Assembly (NCBI GenBank): GCA_011526375.1
Contig: WTIT01000089.1
Location: forward strand, 3,337 to 67,336
Reading direction: 5' to 3'
Source: Methanobacteriota archaeon
GTDB lineage: Archaea; Thermoplasmatota; Poseidoniia; Poseidoniales; Poseidoniaceae
Length of the DNA: 64,000 bases
Position numbers and translations under genes: made by a program. Each line of letters begins with the position of its first letter. The stretch's first letter is position 1. The notes beneath the pieces were generated by a model, which saw only the letters and a program-made list of their open reading frames with translations, searched no databases and was not told the DNA's origin. Below, in pieces: positions 27,705 to 37,792 of this stretch.

Positions 27705-28180
27705 ACGACTGAGAAAATGTACAAAAAGCCCAGGAATGCATGGATAAAGACCAATGCCATAATGAAATCAGCCGCTCTGCCGTGTTTGGTTTTTTCAACT
27801 GCAAAACTTTCTCCTGCTAGCCGATTTGCTTTGGCTTGTTTGCCGAACCTAGTCATAACATAAAGCAAAATTAACCCTAGAGGTCCAATGAAACCATGTA
27901 AATTGGTTGGCCAAATTTCGGCAAATATATCTTGTTCACTGCGCCATCCTGCGACCATTCTGCCCAAGAATGCTACGGCGACAACAATAAATCCCGACCA
28001 GAGGATATAATTTCCAAATCGTTCATGTTGTTCAAGTGCAGCTTTTCTGTCAGCTCCTTTCATCGATTTACTTCTCTTACGCCAAGAATACTGCTGCCAC
28101 ATCCAAAATATCAATGCACTAGCCAAGATAGGATGTGCAAGTAAGGCGGCAACGCGAATATAATCCATAGGCTCAGTCAA
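27701..28180 (-). CDS. 4-TM His-containing membrane protein (cytochrome b561/DUF4079-like)
   Basis: Four hydrophobic helices with conserved-looking His (AHPIL, LHGF, KHGRA, IHAF). The family call is tentative. Confidence 0.35.
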   Translation of the reverse strand: MTEPMDYIRVAALLAHPILASALIFWMWQQYSWRKRSKSMKGADRKAALEQHERFGNYILWSGFIVVAVAFLGRMVAGWRSEQDIFAEIWPTNLHGFIGPLGLILLYVMTRFGKQAKANRLAGESFAVEKTKHGRAADFIMALVFIHAFLGFLYIFSVV

Positions 28181-28302
28181 CTAAGTCCAAGGGTTCTTTG
28201 TTCATGAACACTAGTGATGAAAATTAACCTTCACCATTGTTTTGAATGATTTTGTTGCCGGTTAATTGAATAGCAACCTACTAGGCGGCTAATATGTAGG
28301 AG

Positions 28303-31300
28303 GTGGCTAGTCTGCAAGAAGAACACATGGCAAAGTGCTTAGACATCGCTTACAAGACTAACATTCCTAAACAACAACGCAAGGCCAAAGTAGCCAAATC
28401 TCCAGATTGGCAGATTATGGAAAAGAAGTGGCGTAGTATTCTCACATTGGCATTGGATGAAACCGAAGTACCAGGAGATGAAGATGATGGTAATGCGCCT
28501 AGACCTAGTCGGATGATGCGTCGCAGGGGGCGAGGTGCAGGACCGAAATCTGCTGTTGATTGGCTGCCGCAGAGTGACGAAATCGTAACAGATAGTAGCG
28601 AATCTGATGCATTTAGACTAGCAGTCTTGTTGATTAACAAGCAATTGAAACGCGGAGATTGGAGTGACGATCTAACAACGCTAGAAAACTCAATTCGTGA
28701 AAAATGCTTAACCAATGGTGTCGATGCTATTTGGCAAACACTTGGACAGAAAACGGATCTTCTTGCCCAGTTTGTGGCATTCCCAACTGCTAAAACAAAG
28801 TCAAAATCAAGCAAAAAAGTTGATGTTTCGATTGGCAGGATTGATGTTTTCGACAACGATGAATTAGCGATTGCAATAAGTGGTCTTTCTTCATTATGTA
28901 CTGATGCTGCTCAACAAATAGCGATTCAAAAGGTTCAATCTCAACTCTCTGCTAAACGAAGTTTAGAGGTAAGTAATAGTCTGCTTGAACTCAAAGGTAG
29001 TGCATCAATTATTTCTGTTCTATTAGCCATTTCTAGCGGCTCTGAAGCGTCAAAAGCAATCAAAGAATTAGCCAAAGTAGATAAGGAACTGGCAGAGGAA
29101 TTTGCTGACTTAAATCGTCTTATTGAGGGAGAGATTAAAGATTGGAAGGCCAGTACAAATGCAGGAGATAATGGATTAGCAAAGGCAAGAGCCAGATATG
29201 CATGGCTGAATTTCCCTGAATCCGTGGCGCAACTTCCGCCCACTGAGATAGCAGACGGGATTGAGATTCTTGAAGCAATTCCTAATTCTCAGGTACAAAT
29301 TCAAAATCTAAAGTGGTTGTACCTTTCTGCTCTCGCCAAATCAGGTGATAGTAAACAGGCTGCAGATATATTGATTTCCAACACCCTTGACCATTCGATA
29401 GAAATCGAAAAACTGTACGATTTAATTCGCTCACTGGATTCAAAGCAAGTTGATGAGTGGCTAATCAATCAAATGACATCTTTAGATGAGGGAGCATTGT
29501 TGTATATCTCTAATCACAAGGGGAGTTCTCTTGATTTGAAGAATGAATGTTACAAGCATATTCAAGACATTGGAGGAGAAGCATGGGACGAATCATCAGT
29601 GCAGGCAGTTGAAATTTTCGCTCAAAAGTTAGAAATTCGACGTCTAAGTAAAATACTGACAAATAACGATCTTGCTCCAATCTCACATCCATATGAAGCA
29701 TTGTTGTCATATCATATTTTAGCAACAAATAGTGAACAAGATTTGTGGGACAAATTCGTCGAAATTAGGCGACAAGCACTAACATCTATTCACAGTACAG
29801 AGGCCCCTGAATATCTTTCACCAATGGCTCAAAGCCTAATCATGCTTATGGAAGGCAACAAAGTAGATGACGACCCGTTTACAGTATTGCCGAAAAAAGC
29901 CTATCAAGCGCTGAAACAAGCCCGCAATGCTCTGAAGCAGGGTGGTACAGGCATTGCTTCAAGAACGCATATTGAACATCTGGAAAAGAGTTTGGAGCAA
30001 GCTAATTTGTCTAATTTAGAAGAAAATCTTTTGACAGTGCTAATTGCTACTTTGAATCTTAATCAGGCAACTATCTCACTCCAACATGGTGAGGCTGATG
30101 ATGAAATTTTCACCTCACTAAATCAATTAGTGGTAGGTTCTGATATTCCTACTAGATTGGTCCGGTCAGTTAGACAACTGGTCTTCGAACACGACATTGG
30201 ATTGGAACAATTAGTTACTTGGTATCAACAAAACAATCCTCTTTCGCCTTGGCATACACTTGCAAGAGCTGCGCTGTTTGCCCAGAATAAAGATGAGTTA
30301 AACGCAGCAAGAGAGTATCGAAGGGTTGCTGAAAGCGGAGAATTCGATTTCGAACATTCAATGGTTCTGTATCGCAAGTCAATAATTCACCTTGCACACG
30401 CTGAGCAGTGGAAAGAGGCAGTAGACTTGCTTGATAGTCAACCAGCCCTAAGAACTGCTATAACCAAGCGTTTCCAACTTTATCTTAGAGTCTCATTTAC
30501 TGCCAGTAATCAAAAAACCAACGAAGCAACGCAATTGCTGAAAGACTTTGTCAGGCGAACCAAGCAAGTCCAAGAAGAGAATGTCGATGGTGAGATGGTT
30601 GAGAAAACAATCACCTTCTTTGCTGAAGATGAACTTGATAATTTGCGGAATTACCCGTTTGAACACTCTAGAGAATTACCAGCCGAACCATTTTCTGGCA
30701 GAGTAACAGCGGCATTGACATCAGTTCAAAGGAATAAGCGCAGAACACGGCATGGGTTTGACGGCAGATTCCGTAATGAAATGTTACAAAATCCACCTTC
30801 TATTATGGAACTTTATGATATTGCAAGAGATTCTGCAGATAAGAATCCGATTGACGGGTTGATGTATTTGGAAAGAGCACAAAATTCGGGCAAATTCTCA
30901 ACCTCTCAAATGAAACGTTTGTACGACACTGAAAGAACCCTCTTTGCGACACACAAGCAACAGATCCCAAACTCATCTAGGCGTTATTTGAAGAATTTGG
31001 CACTCCCTCCACTCGTGATAGTAGACACTAATATCCTGGTTGATGCATTAGTCGATAAGATAGCCCATAGTTTGGAATTAGCGAGTGAAACAAGCTTAGA
31101 CTCATTTGAGCATGATAACTTCCACAAGGTGCTTCTAAGTCGCGCCGATGCTGGCAGAATTAATCTCTGGCTGCCATCAATAGTCAAACATGAAATTAAT
31201 GAATTAAGCAAGCGGCATAACAAATTGAAAGCCAAGTTTGCCTCTTCTTTAGTTAAACCGGAGATTTTAGATTCCGTGTTTGAGGATGACAAAATCGCCA

Positions 31301-31695
31301 AACTCGTTGGTGAAATTATTGCAGAGTTCAATCGCTGGAAACCAATGGATATTCATCTTGAGAAAGACGCACTTGAATCCGAATACGTTGATGAAATAAC
31401 CGAATTCCTGGCTGAATATGTTGAAATTTATGAAGAACTTACGGCGATGAAAGTTGCTAGAGAACCAAAGCAAAATAGGACAAAGATTGGTGATAGTAAG
31501 GTCTTCCCAGAAGATGCAGACAGGCAAATAATGGCTATTGTTAAGCGTCTAGCATCCCAATCTTTGGAAGGCCTTGGAAGCATACTCGTTGCTACAAGAG
31601 ATGGTGATTTCACACTAACAGCAAGAGCATTTGAGGAAAGATTTGGCTATGGTATAATCAAGAATAGCCAAATGCTCAACGCTTGGTTAAACTAA
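28303..31695 (+). CDS. Large (about 1130 aa) alpha-helical repeat protein with C-terminal PIN-domain nuclease
   Basis: C-terminal roughly 230 aa carry the PIN acidic quartet context: IVDTNILVDAL, KHEINEL, EDADRQIMAIV, ATRDGDF. The N-terminal 900 aa are helical/TPR-like. Start is GTG 28303 (inside the AGGAGGTG) or ATG 28327. Confidence 0.65.
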   Translation: MASLQEEHMAKCLDIAYKTNIPKQQRKAKVAKSPDWQIMEKKWRSILTLALDETEVPGDEDDGNAPRPSRMMRRRGRGAGPKSAVDWLPQSDEIVTDSSESDAFRLAVLLINKQLKRGDWSDDLTTLENSIREKCLTNGVDAIWQTLGQKTDLLAQFVAFPTAKTKSKSSKKVDVSIGRIDVFDNDELAIAISGLSSLCTDAAQQIAIQKVQSQLSAKRSLEVSNSLLELKGSASIISVLLAISSGSEASKAIKELAKVDKELAEEFADLNRLIEGEIKDWKASTNAGDNGLAKARARYAWLNFPESVAQLPPTEIADGIEILEAIPNSQVQIQNLKWLYLSALAKSGDSKQAADILISNTLDHSIEIEKLYDLIRSLDSKQVDEWLINQMTSLDEGALLYISNHKGSSLDLKNECYKHIQDIGGEAWDESSVQAVEIFAQKLEIRRLSKILTNNDLAPISHPYEALLSYHILATNSEQDLWDKFVEIRRQALTSIHSTEAPEYLSPMAQSLIMLMEGNKVDDDPFTVLPKKAYQALKQARNALKQGGTGIASRTHIEHLEKSLEQANLSNLEENLLTVLIATLNLNQATISLQHGEADDEIFTSLNQLVVGSDIPTRLVRSVRQLVFEHDIGLEQLVTWYQQNNPLSPWHTLARAALFAQNKDELNAAREYRRVAESGEFDFEHSMVLYRKSIIHLAHAEQWKEAVDLLDSQPALRTAITKRFQLYLRVSFTASNQKTNEATQLLKDFVRRTKQVQEENVDGEMVEKTITFFAEDELDNLRNYPFEHSRELPAEPFSGRVTAALTSVQRNKRRTRHGFDGRFRNEMLQNPPSIMELYDIARDSADKNPIDGLMYLERAQNSGKFSTSQMKRLYDTERTLFATHKQQIPNSSRRYLKNLALPPLVIVDTNILVDALVDKIAHSLELASETSLDSFEHDNFHKVLLSRADAGRINLWLPSIVKHEINELSKRHNKLKAKFASSLVKPEILDSVFEDDKIAKLVGEIIAEFNRWKPMDIHLEKDALESEYVDEITEFLAEYVEIYEELTAMKVAREPKQNRTKIGDSKVFPEDADRQIMAIVKRLASQSLEGLGSILVATRDGDFTLTARAFEERFGYGIIKNSQMLNAWLN

Positions 31696-32366
31696 CTAAC
31701 ATTCTGCCATGCGCCGTAATATCTTGCGACATCCGGGGAATCATTGTTCTTAAATGGAGTAAATTCAAGACAGTCCAACATGGCAAATGAACGCTCTAGC
31801 CAAGTTTGTTTTAGTGGCCAAGGCGGCGGTTGTATAGTTTGAAGACCATCATCTAGTCTTCCAATACATAGCATCTTGCCATTTTTTGCGAGCAACTTAG
31901 GCATTTGTTCTGCCGCTTGCTCCCTAATTCCGCCGTCAGGAATTGCTTGAAGAATATGAATCTCAATAATTAGATCAAAATTTCCATACCATTCCTCATT
32001 AGGTTCGAGTATATCTCCAACCAACCATTCAACAGTTGAATTTGGAAAACGCTCTTTGCACCAATCAATACAGTGCTGTGAAATATCGAATGCAGTCACA
32101 TTAAAGCCAATATTTTCCAGACCAATTGCATCATCGCCAAGCCCACAACCGATGATTAACGCCTTACCGTTATGGCAATTTTTCTCTACCCAATCCATCA
32201 TTATTGGATTAGGGGTCATCCTAGCCCATGGAATAATTGCTGAATCTCTATTTGCCATACCATATAGTTGGTCAAACCAATCAATTGGTTCGTCATTTAC
32301 CGCAGATTTAGCCTGAGAAATAATCGCTTCACGTTCAGCTTCTGAAATTTTTTCCATCGTACTCAC
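31692..32366 (-). CDS. Class I SAM-dependent methyltransferase (TPMT/TehB-like)
   Basis: SAM motif [12 protein letters not shown], motif II AFDIS, and a post-I acidic residue. Overlaps icd by 4 nt. Confidence 0.7.
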   Translation of the reverse strand: MSTMEKISEAEREAIISQAKSAVNDEPIDWFDQLYGMANRDSAIIPWARMTPNPIMMDWVEKNCHNGKALIIGCGLGDDAIGLENIGFNVTAFDISQHCIDWCKERFPNSTVEWLVGDILEPNEEWYGNFDLIIEIHILQAIPDGGIREQAAEQMPKLLAKNGKMLCIGRLDDGLQTIQPPPWPLKQTWLERSFAMLDCLEFTPFKNNDSPDVARYYGAWQNVS

Positions 32367-33589
32367 ATGTGGGAAATAATTGCGTCGCCAAACTCGCTAC
32401 ACTTCAATAATTTAGCATCGTCCATCAAGCGTTCAAAATCATATGTCACGGTCTTTGCAGAAATAGCACCTTCCATACCACTTACGATCAGGTCGGCAGC
32501 CTCGGTCCAGCCCATGTGGCGCAACATCATTTCTGCGCTCAGTATCACACTGCCAGGGTTGACTTTGTCCTGACCTGCATATTTTGGTGCTGTACCGTGT
32601 GTTGCTTCAAAAATTGCAATACCGGTGTCGTAATTGATATTGGCTCCAGGTGCAATTCCAATTCCACCAACTTGAGCAGCCAGGGCATCGGAGATATAGT
32701 CGCCATTCAGGTTCATTGTCGCAAGGACTGAATATTCAGCCGGCCTTGTAATTATTTGTTGGAGCATTGCATCAGCAATAACATCCTTGACGATTATTTG
32801 GTTGCCAGTGTTTGGATTTTCAAAGGTGCACCATGGTCCACCATCAAGTTCTACGGCTCCGAATTCATCTTTCGCTAGTTGATATCCCCAATCTCTGAAT
32901 CCGCCTTCGGTAAATTTCATGATGTTGCCTTTGTGAACCAAGGTAACAGAATCCTTGTCATTGTCAACCGCATATTGTAATGCTGCTCTGACAATTCTAG
33001 CGGTGCCTTCTCTTGAGATTGGTTTGATGCCAATACCGGAGGAATTTGGGAATCGAATTTTGTCAACACCCATTTCATTTTGTAAGAAATTGATTAGCTT
33101 GGCTACACCTTCTGTACCGGCTTCCCATTCTATTCCAGCATATACATCCTCACTATTTTCTCTAAAGATAATCATATCAACATCTTGTGGTGCTTTTACT
33201 GGCGAAGGAGTACCATCATACCATCGCACTGGCCTTACACAAGCGAACAAGTCTAGTTTTTGTCTGAGTGCAACATTGAGTGATCTAATGCCACCTCCAA
33301 CAGGTGTAGTAAGCGGTCCTTTGATTGAAACTAACCCGTTTCTCATAGCATCAAGGGTTGCCTCAGGCAACCATTCACCAGTGTTATTGTATGCTTTTTC
33401 GCCAGCAAGAACCTCACTCCAGTGAATTTGTTTTTCTCCGCCGTATGCTTTTGAAACTGCTGCATCAACGACTTTCATCATTACTGGACTAATGTCGACT
33501 CCAATTCCGTCACCTTCAATGAAGTGTATCGTAGGTTTGTTCGGTACATTCAGCATGCCGTTTTTTAGGGTAATACTCTCGCCAGTCAT
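32363..33589 (-). CDS. icd: NADP-dependent isocitrate dehydrogenase
   Basis: [21 protein letters not shown] and [26 protein letters not shown] signature. 408 aa. Confidence 0.92.
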   Translation of the reverse strand: MTGESITLKNGMLNVPNKPTIHFIEGDGIGVDISPVMMKVVDAAVSKAYGGEKQIHWSEVLAGEKAYNNTGEWLPEATLDAMRNGLVSIKGPLTTPVGGGIRSLNVALRQKLDLFACVRPVRWYDGTPSPVKAPQDVDMIIFRENSEDVYAGIEWEAGTEGVAKLINFLQNEMGVDKIRFPNSSGIGIKPISREGTARIVRAALQYAVDNDKDSVTLVHKGNIMKFTEGGFRDWGYQLAKDEFGAVELDGGPWCTFENPNTGNQIIVKDVIADAMLQQIITRPAEYSVLATMNLNGDYISDALAAQVGGIGIAPGANINYDTGIAIFEATHGTAPKYAGQDKVNPGSVILSAEMMLRHMGWTEAADLIVSGMEGAISAKTVTYDFERLMDDAKLLKCSEFGDAIISHM

Positions 33590-33647
33590 TCCACTCAGTA
33601 CGTCCGAGATGCATTCACTTCAAGAATGAACCGCACATCGGACATTC

Positions 33648-34040
33648 ATGCTGGGACGCGTTGAGTGGAAAGGTGATTCGAAAGTAGATTGCTTCAATGA
33701 AGCAGGAGATTGTATTGAAATTGACTGGGACAATGGCCCAACTCCGGTTCAACTCACTCTTCAAATGATAGGAGCATGTTCATTAGCCGATATTCAAACT
33801 GGATTGAAAGGAAGGAAAATTGATAGAATTTGGATAGAACTTGAGGCAGAGAGAAAGAGTACAGCACCTAAGGTTTTCACAAAAATAAAGATGACATATC
33901 ACGTAGATGCAGAAGCACCAAAAAAATTAGTCAAGAGGCTTGTAGAAAAGAGTCATGAAACATATTGTACGGTATCAAATATGTTCAAATCAACCGTAGA
34001 AATAACCTCAGACGTTGTTGTTAATGGTGAAATTTGTTGA
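33648..34040 (+). CDS. OsmC/Ohr-family peroxiredoxin-like protein
   Basis: Two conserved Cys contexts (IGACSLADI and ETYCTVSNM). About 130 aa. Confidence 0.65.
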   Translation: MLGRVEWKGDSKVDCFNEAGDCIEIDWDNGPTPVQLTLQMIGACSLADIQTGLKGRKIDRIWIELEAERKSTAPKVFTKIKMTYHVDAEAPKKLVKRLVEKSHETYCTVSNMFKSTVEITSDVVVNGEIC

Positions 34041-34607
34041 AGAAAGCATTTGCATTGCCTTGGTAAGAATGTCTCTAAGTATGTTATGCAAAGGAATCCA
34101 ACCGCTTGGAATTGAGTTTGGTGTCTCATGAAGGTTTAGAATATTATTTTCCGATTTTATCTTAGCAAAAGGCCTCACTGGGCCAGATCCATCAACGTCG
34201 ATAATTACTGAAATTTCGTATTCATCGTTTACTTTTTTCACCTTAGCAGACTCCAAATTTAGTTTCGCTTTAGCCGGTATTGAATCAATAATTTCTCTGC
34301 CTTCAGATACAGTTAATTCTTGCTTGACTAAAATTTCGAGTAGTTCACTAATTGTTTCGTCCGGTAAACTACCGTACGGTTCTTCCGCAGCAGGTGTGAT
34401 ATTCATTTGAGGTACAGGTTCATTGTCGGCCGTATATTCATCTTCATCATTATTGCCGAGCAATATTGCTAGATTTTCATTTTGTTGTTGTTTTTGTTCT
34501 GCCAAATTATTGGTGGGCCTTACTCCAGTAACGCCTAATTCTGCGAAAATATCGATGTCATCTTCATCAAATGAGTCAATTGTTTCAAGGGTATTTTCGT
34601 CAAACAT
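34008..34607 (-). CDS. Hypothetical acidic protein
   Basis: ORF only. D/E-rich N-terminal half. 33-nt convergent overlap with the OsmC-like gene. Confidence 0.4.
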   Translation of the reverse strand: MFDENTLETIDSFDEDDIDIFAELGVTGVRPTNNLAEQKQQQNENLAILLGNNDEDEYTADNEPVPQMNITPAAEEPYGSLPDETISELLEILVKQELTVSEGREIIDSIPAKAKLNLESAKVKKVNDEYEISVIIDVDGSGPVRPFAKIKSENNILNLHETPNSIPSGWIPLHNILRDILTKAMQMLSSTNFTINNNV

Positions 34608-34730
34608 TGAGTATAACTACAGTCTCATTATACTTAATGTGATGTCATTCTCTATCGCGTTTTGCATCAAGATAGATTAATCAATTAACGGGATGAGAAA
34701 TGTCAAAGGTGACGGCATTTTGGGCCATTT

Positions 34731-35363
34731 GTGGCTAACCTCACCTTCAACAGGGTTGTGATTTTCACAATTATTGGGATACTGTTGTGTTTACCAGCAA
34801 ACAATGTCGATGGATTCCCAAACGGAGTTGGCGATGTTGGTAGTGAGGGTTGCTTATGCCATGGAGAGGCCAACTCTGGTACGAGTATCTCGTTGTCTGA
34901 TTTACCAGAAAAATTCGAGTCAGATACAAATTATAGCTTAACTTTGAGGTTGTCAAATGATGAAATCTCACCGAGTACAGAATCTGCGCAAGGAGGCTTC
35001 AGAGTTACCTCAGATACTGGTACATTATTCTTCGACAATGATACTGGCCATTTTGTTGATGGCGGATGGACTCACAAGGAATCATCTAACCAACAACGGA
35101 TTTGGAATCTGACATGGCTCTCACCAAGCGATAATACTACCATGAGCAAAATCACCATCTATGGGAATGCAGTCAATGGGAATCAGATGTCAAACGGCGA
35201 TAACTGGAATGTTATCGAGGTTTATGTGCCAGGTGTGGAAAACTTTGACCCTATACCAAATGCGCAAATAATTGAACATGAATTGGAATTTTTCGACAAA
35301 ACAATGCTCGTATTTGGTCTCTTGGCATTGTTGTATATTTGCTTTAGAATGATAAAAGACTAA
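34731..35363 (+). CDS. Secreted Reeler/DOMON-like domain protein with C-terminal TM anchor
   Basis: Signal-like N-terminus. Pattern FPNGVG..GCLCHG, Y-x-L-T-L, GGFRVTS, WTHKESS, W-x-L-T-W-x-x-P and ITIYGNAV parallels the Reeler domain consensus as I recall it. C-terminal LVFGLLALLYICF. GTG start uncertain. Confidence 0.4.
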   Translation: MANLTFNRVVIFTIIGILLCLPANNVDGFPNGVGDVGSEGCLCHGEANSGTSISLSDLPEKFESDTNYSLTLRLSNDEISPSTESAQGGFRVTSDTGTLFFDNDTGHFVDGGWTHKESSNQQRIWNLTWLSPSDNTTMSKITIYGNAVNGNQMSNGDNWNVIEVYVPGVENFDPIPNAQIIEHELEFFDKTMLVFGLLALLYICFRMIKD

Positions 35364-36508
35364 TTTACGAACTCTATGCTCTTATTTCTTAATGCGCGAA
35401 GTTGTCTGTTTTCACTTGAGCCGTGTATTTGTTCGCTTTTTACTCCGGTCAGCACAAGCATTACTCTAATTTCGTCACCAAGTTCTTCATCAACCGCAGC
35501 ACCCCAGATGATCTTTGCATGTGGGGAAATTCTTTCTTGGATTATTTGAGCACATCTTTCTGCTTCTCCGAGAGTCAGTGTTGGACCACCGACCACGTTA
35601 ATCAGTGCTCCTCTAGCATCCGATGTATCTAGTTCAAGCAATGGAGAATGTAAGGCTTCGAGGGTCGCTTCCTCGGCTCTGTTTTTTGCCGATGAAGCAC
35701 CAAGTCCGATCATTGCTACACCACTGCCAGATTTGATTACTGCTTTCAAATCTTCAAAGTCAAGATTAACCATGCCATCGGTTGTTAGTAATTCAGTAAC
35801 GCCAGTTATTGACCTAACTAACAATTCATCTCCGACTCTAAATGCGCTGGCAATCGGTAGGTCTTTTACTCCTTCAATCTCGAGTAATCTTTCATTTGGA
35901 ATCACTAGAATCGTGTCACAGTGTTCTCTGAGTCTCTCAAGCCCCCATTCAGCATTTTGTTTTCTTAAAGAGCCTTCAGACTTGAACGGATATGTAACAA
36001 CAGCTATCGTCATTGCGCCTTGCTGCTTGGCAAGTCTGGCAATATGTCCTGCAGCACCTGTTCCTGAGCCACCGCCCATGCCAGCAGTAATAATTGCTAA
36101 CTGGGTATCGTTAGTTATTCTTCTAAGAACCATCTCAGATTCTAGCGCCGCAGCTTCGCCTTTAGTAGGGTCTCCACCGGCACCTCTACCTCTTGCAGTA
36201 CGTCCTATCAGGACTTTTTCCTCCAGAGGTGACATTAGCAGGGCTTGTGCATCGGTATTTATCGCATATCCAGTAACATAACTACTGTCAAACAATCCTT
36301 CTTCGGCTAGTCTGCTGACAGCGTTACAACCAGCGCCCCCAGCACCGTATACCCTTATTCTAGGCTGAAGAGACTCTAGTAATGCCTTCAACTCTTCCTC
36401 ATTACCTTGGCCGGGAGGAATATCACTCGGGGTGATCTTTACTTGTTCCTCTTCACTTAACTCTAAAACGCGGTCAATTAAATGGCGCATGTTACTAAGA
36501 TTCTCCAA
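35360..36508 (-). CDS. ftsZ: Cell division GTPase FtsZ
   Basis: GAGGAGCNAV and tubulin signature GMGGGSGTGAA. Alternative start ATG 36490. Confidence 0.93.
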   Translation of the reverse strand: MENLSNMRHLIDRVLELSEEEQVKITPSDIPPGQGNEEELKALLESLQPRIRVYGAGGAGCNAVSRLAEEGLFDSSYVTGYAINTDAQALLMSPLEEKVLIGRTARGRGAGGDPTKGEAAALESEMVLRRITNDTQLAIITAGMGGGSGTGAAGHIARLAKQQGAMTIAVVTYPFKSEGSLRKQNAEWGLERLREHCDTILVIPNERLLEIEGVKDLPIASAFRVGDELLVRSITGVTELLTTDGMVNLDFEDLKAVIKSGSGVAMIGLGASSAKNRAEEATLEALHSPLLELDTSDARGALINVVGGPTLTLGEAERCAQIIQERISPHAKIIWGAAVDEELGDEIRVMLVLTGVKSEQIHGSSENRQLRALRNKSIEFVN

Positions 36509-36541
36509 CTATCTTTGAAGGTGCCGACTGTTTTAGACAAC

Positions 36542-36555
36542 AAAATGGCCATTTT
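36542..36555. promoter_or_regulatory. Perfect 14-nt palindrome AAAATGGCCATTTT between the radA stop and the ftsZ start
   Basis: Read directly from the sequence. Lies 24-37 nt downstream of the radA stop and 34-47 nt upstream of the ftsZ TTG. Could be a terminator hairpin, a TATA-overlapping operator, or chance. Confidence 0.25.
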
Positions 36556-36578
36556 AAGACCACTTTCATTTATCCAAC

Positions 36579-37616
36579 TCAATCTTTTAGACCTTCTTGG
36601 GTAACTTGGTAGACACATTCGCCATCAGGTAAGTTTGGAGAATCGACTAATCTAGCAATTCTTCTACCCCCTTTTGCCTTTCTCAGATAGAGCCTGAATG
36701 TACTGGCGTGTGCTAATACGTGTCCTCCAATCGGCTTAGTTGGGTCTCCCCACATTGCATCTGGCTTGGAGTGGACTTGATTGGTAACTAGCACAAGTGC
36801 ATTGTTGACATCAGCTAGTTGTTTCAATTCCTTGAGATGCTTGTTTAGCTTCTGTTGTCTGTTAGCTAACATGCCTCGGCCAATGAATTCAGCACGGAAA
36901 TGACTAGTCAATGAATCGACAATTATCATCTTAACATTCAATCCTTTACTCATGCGTTTAATCTCATCAACGAGTAGCATTTGATGCGCAGAATTGTATG
37001 CTCTAGCAACATGTATTCGAGATAGTACTTGGTCAGGATCTAAATCTAGGCCTCTGGCCATTTGGGTAATCCTTTCTGGCCTGAATGTATCTTCTGTGTC
37101 TATGTAAAACACGTCACCATCAAATCCACCTTCTTCCAGTGGTAAGGTACAATTTACTGCTAGTTGATGTCCAATTTGGGTTTTTCCACTACCAAATGCA
37201 CCGTATACCTCAACTAGAGCTTGAGTCTCAAATCCACCGCCTAGTAAATCATCGATGGATTGTACCTTAGATGATAATTTTTGCACTTCTTTTCTTCGCT
37301 CTAGTAGATCTCCACCTGATACAAAGCCGCCAATGTTGGCCATCTTCTTTGATGCAGCAATGATTTTGCCAGCAACAGCCTCACCGATTTCGGCTTGTTC
37401 TGCTAGATCAGCAGGTGACATAACTGCTAATGACAGTAGTTCATCGAAACCAGCTTCTCTTAGTTTTTCAGCAGTTGCCGGGCCTACGCCTGGTAAATCT
37501 TCGATTTTTACCTCAGGAACATCTTCATCTTGGGCCATCATTAACACCGTGTCCTCTTGAGGGTCTTCATTCTTTTCAATTTCAATCTTAGTTTTTTTCT
37601 TCGCTTTGGTCGCCAT
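36579..37616 (-). CDS. radA: DNA repair and recombination protein RadA
   Basis: N-terminal HhH ([17 protein letters not shown]), Walker [10 protein letters not shown], Walker B MIIVDS. Archaeal RadA length with an approximately 35-aa N-terminal extension. Confidence 0.93.
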   Translation of the reverse strand: MATKAKKKTKIEIEKNEDPQEDTVLMMAQDEDVPEVKIEDLPGVGPATAEKLREAGFDELLSLAVMSPADLAEQAEIGEAVAGKIIAASKKMANIGGFVSGGDLLERRKEVQKLSSKVQSIDDLLGGGFETQALVEVYGAFGSGKTQIGHQLAVNCTLPLEEGGFDGDVFYIDTEDTFRPERITQMARGLDLDPDQVLSRIHVARAYNSAHQMLLVDEIKRMSKGLNVKMIIVDSLTSHFRAEFIGRGMLANRQQKLNKHLKELKQLADVNNALVLVTNQVHSKPDAMWGDPTKPIGGHVLAHASTFRLYLRKAKGGRRIARLVDSPNLPDGECVYQVTQEGLKD

Positions 37617-37792
37617 CCTTTACACTTCCAACCCTGACGATTGGTGTTTAGTATATGAAGAGATTAAACAGACTTACTTAGAAAACACATGGTCAAACAG
37701 TAATTAAATCTTAGGAAAATGCAGCACTGAGAGACATATTTTACTTTAACCTTCATTTTTACATGAATTGAAAGTGAAGCGAAATGTGATTG

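Noticed and set aside
28200-28209. 10-nt palindrome GTTCATGAAC upstream of the PIN-protein gene, and the imperfect ACCATAATCATGGT at 48669-48682
   Set aside because: Palindromes of this length are expected dozens of times by chance in 64 kb, and I saw no second copy or conserved spacing.
34846-34860. GCLCHG looked like a c-type cytochrome heme-binding site
   Set aside because: The spacing is C-x-C-H, not the C-x-x-C-H needed for covalent heme attachment. The context fits a Reeler/DOMON-like fold better.
35733-36281. 182-aa ORF antisense to ftsZ, and comparable antisense ORFs opposite icd (32955-33425), xseA (57133-57567), the PIN-protein gene (28350-28856) and the membrane protein (55125-55577)
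   Set aside because: The opposite-strand genes are confidently identified conserved proteins. The antisense translations are low-complexity and lack start signals.
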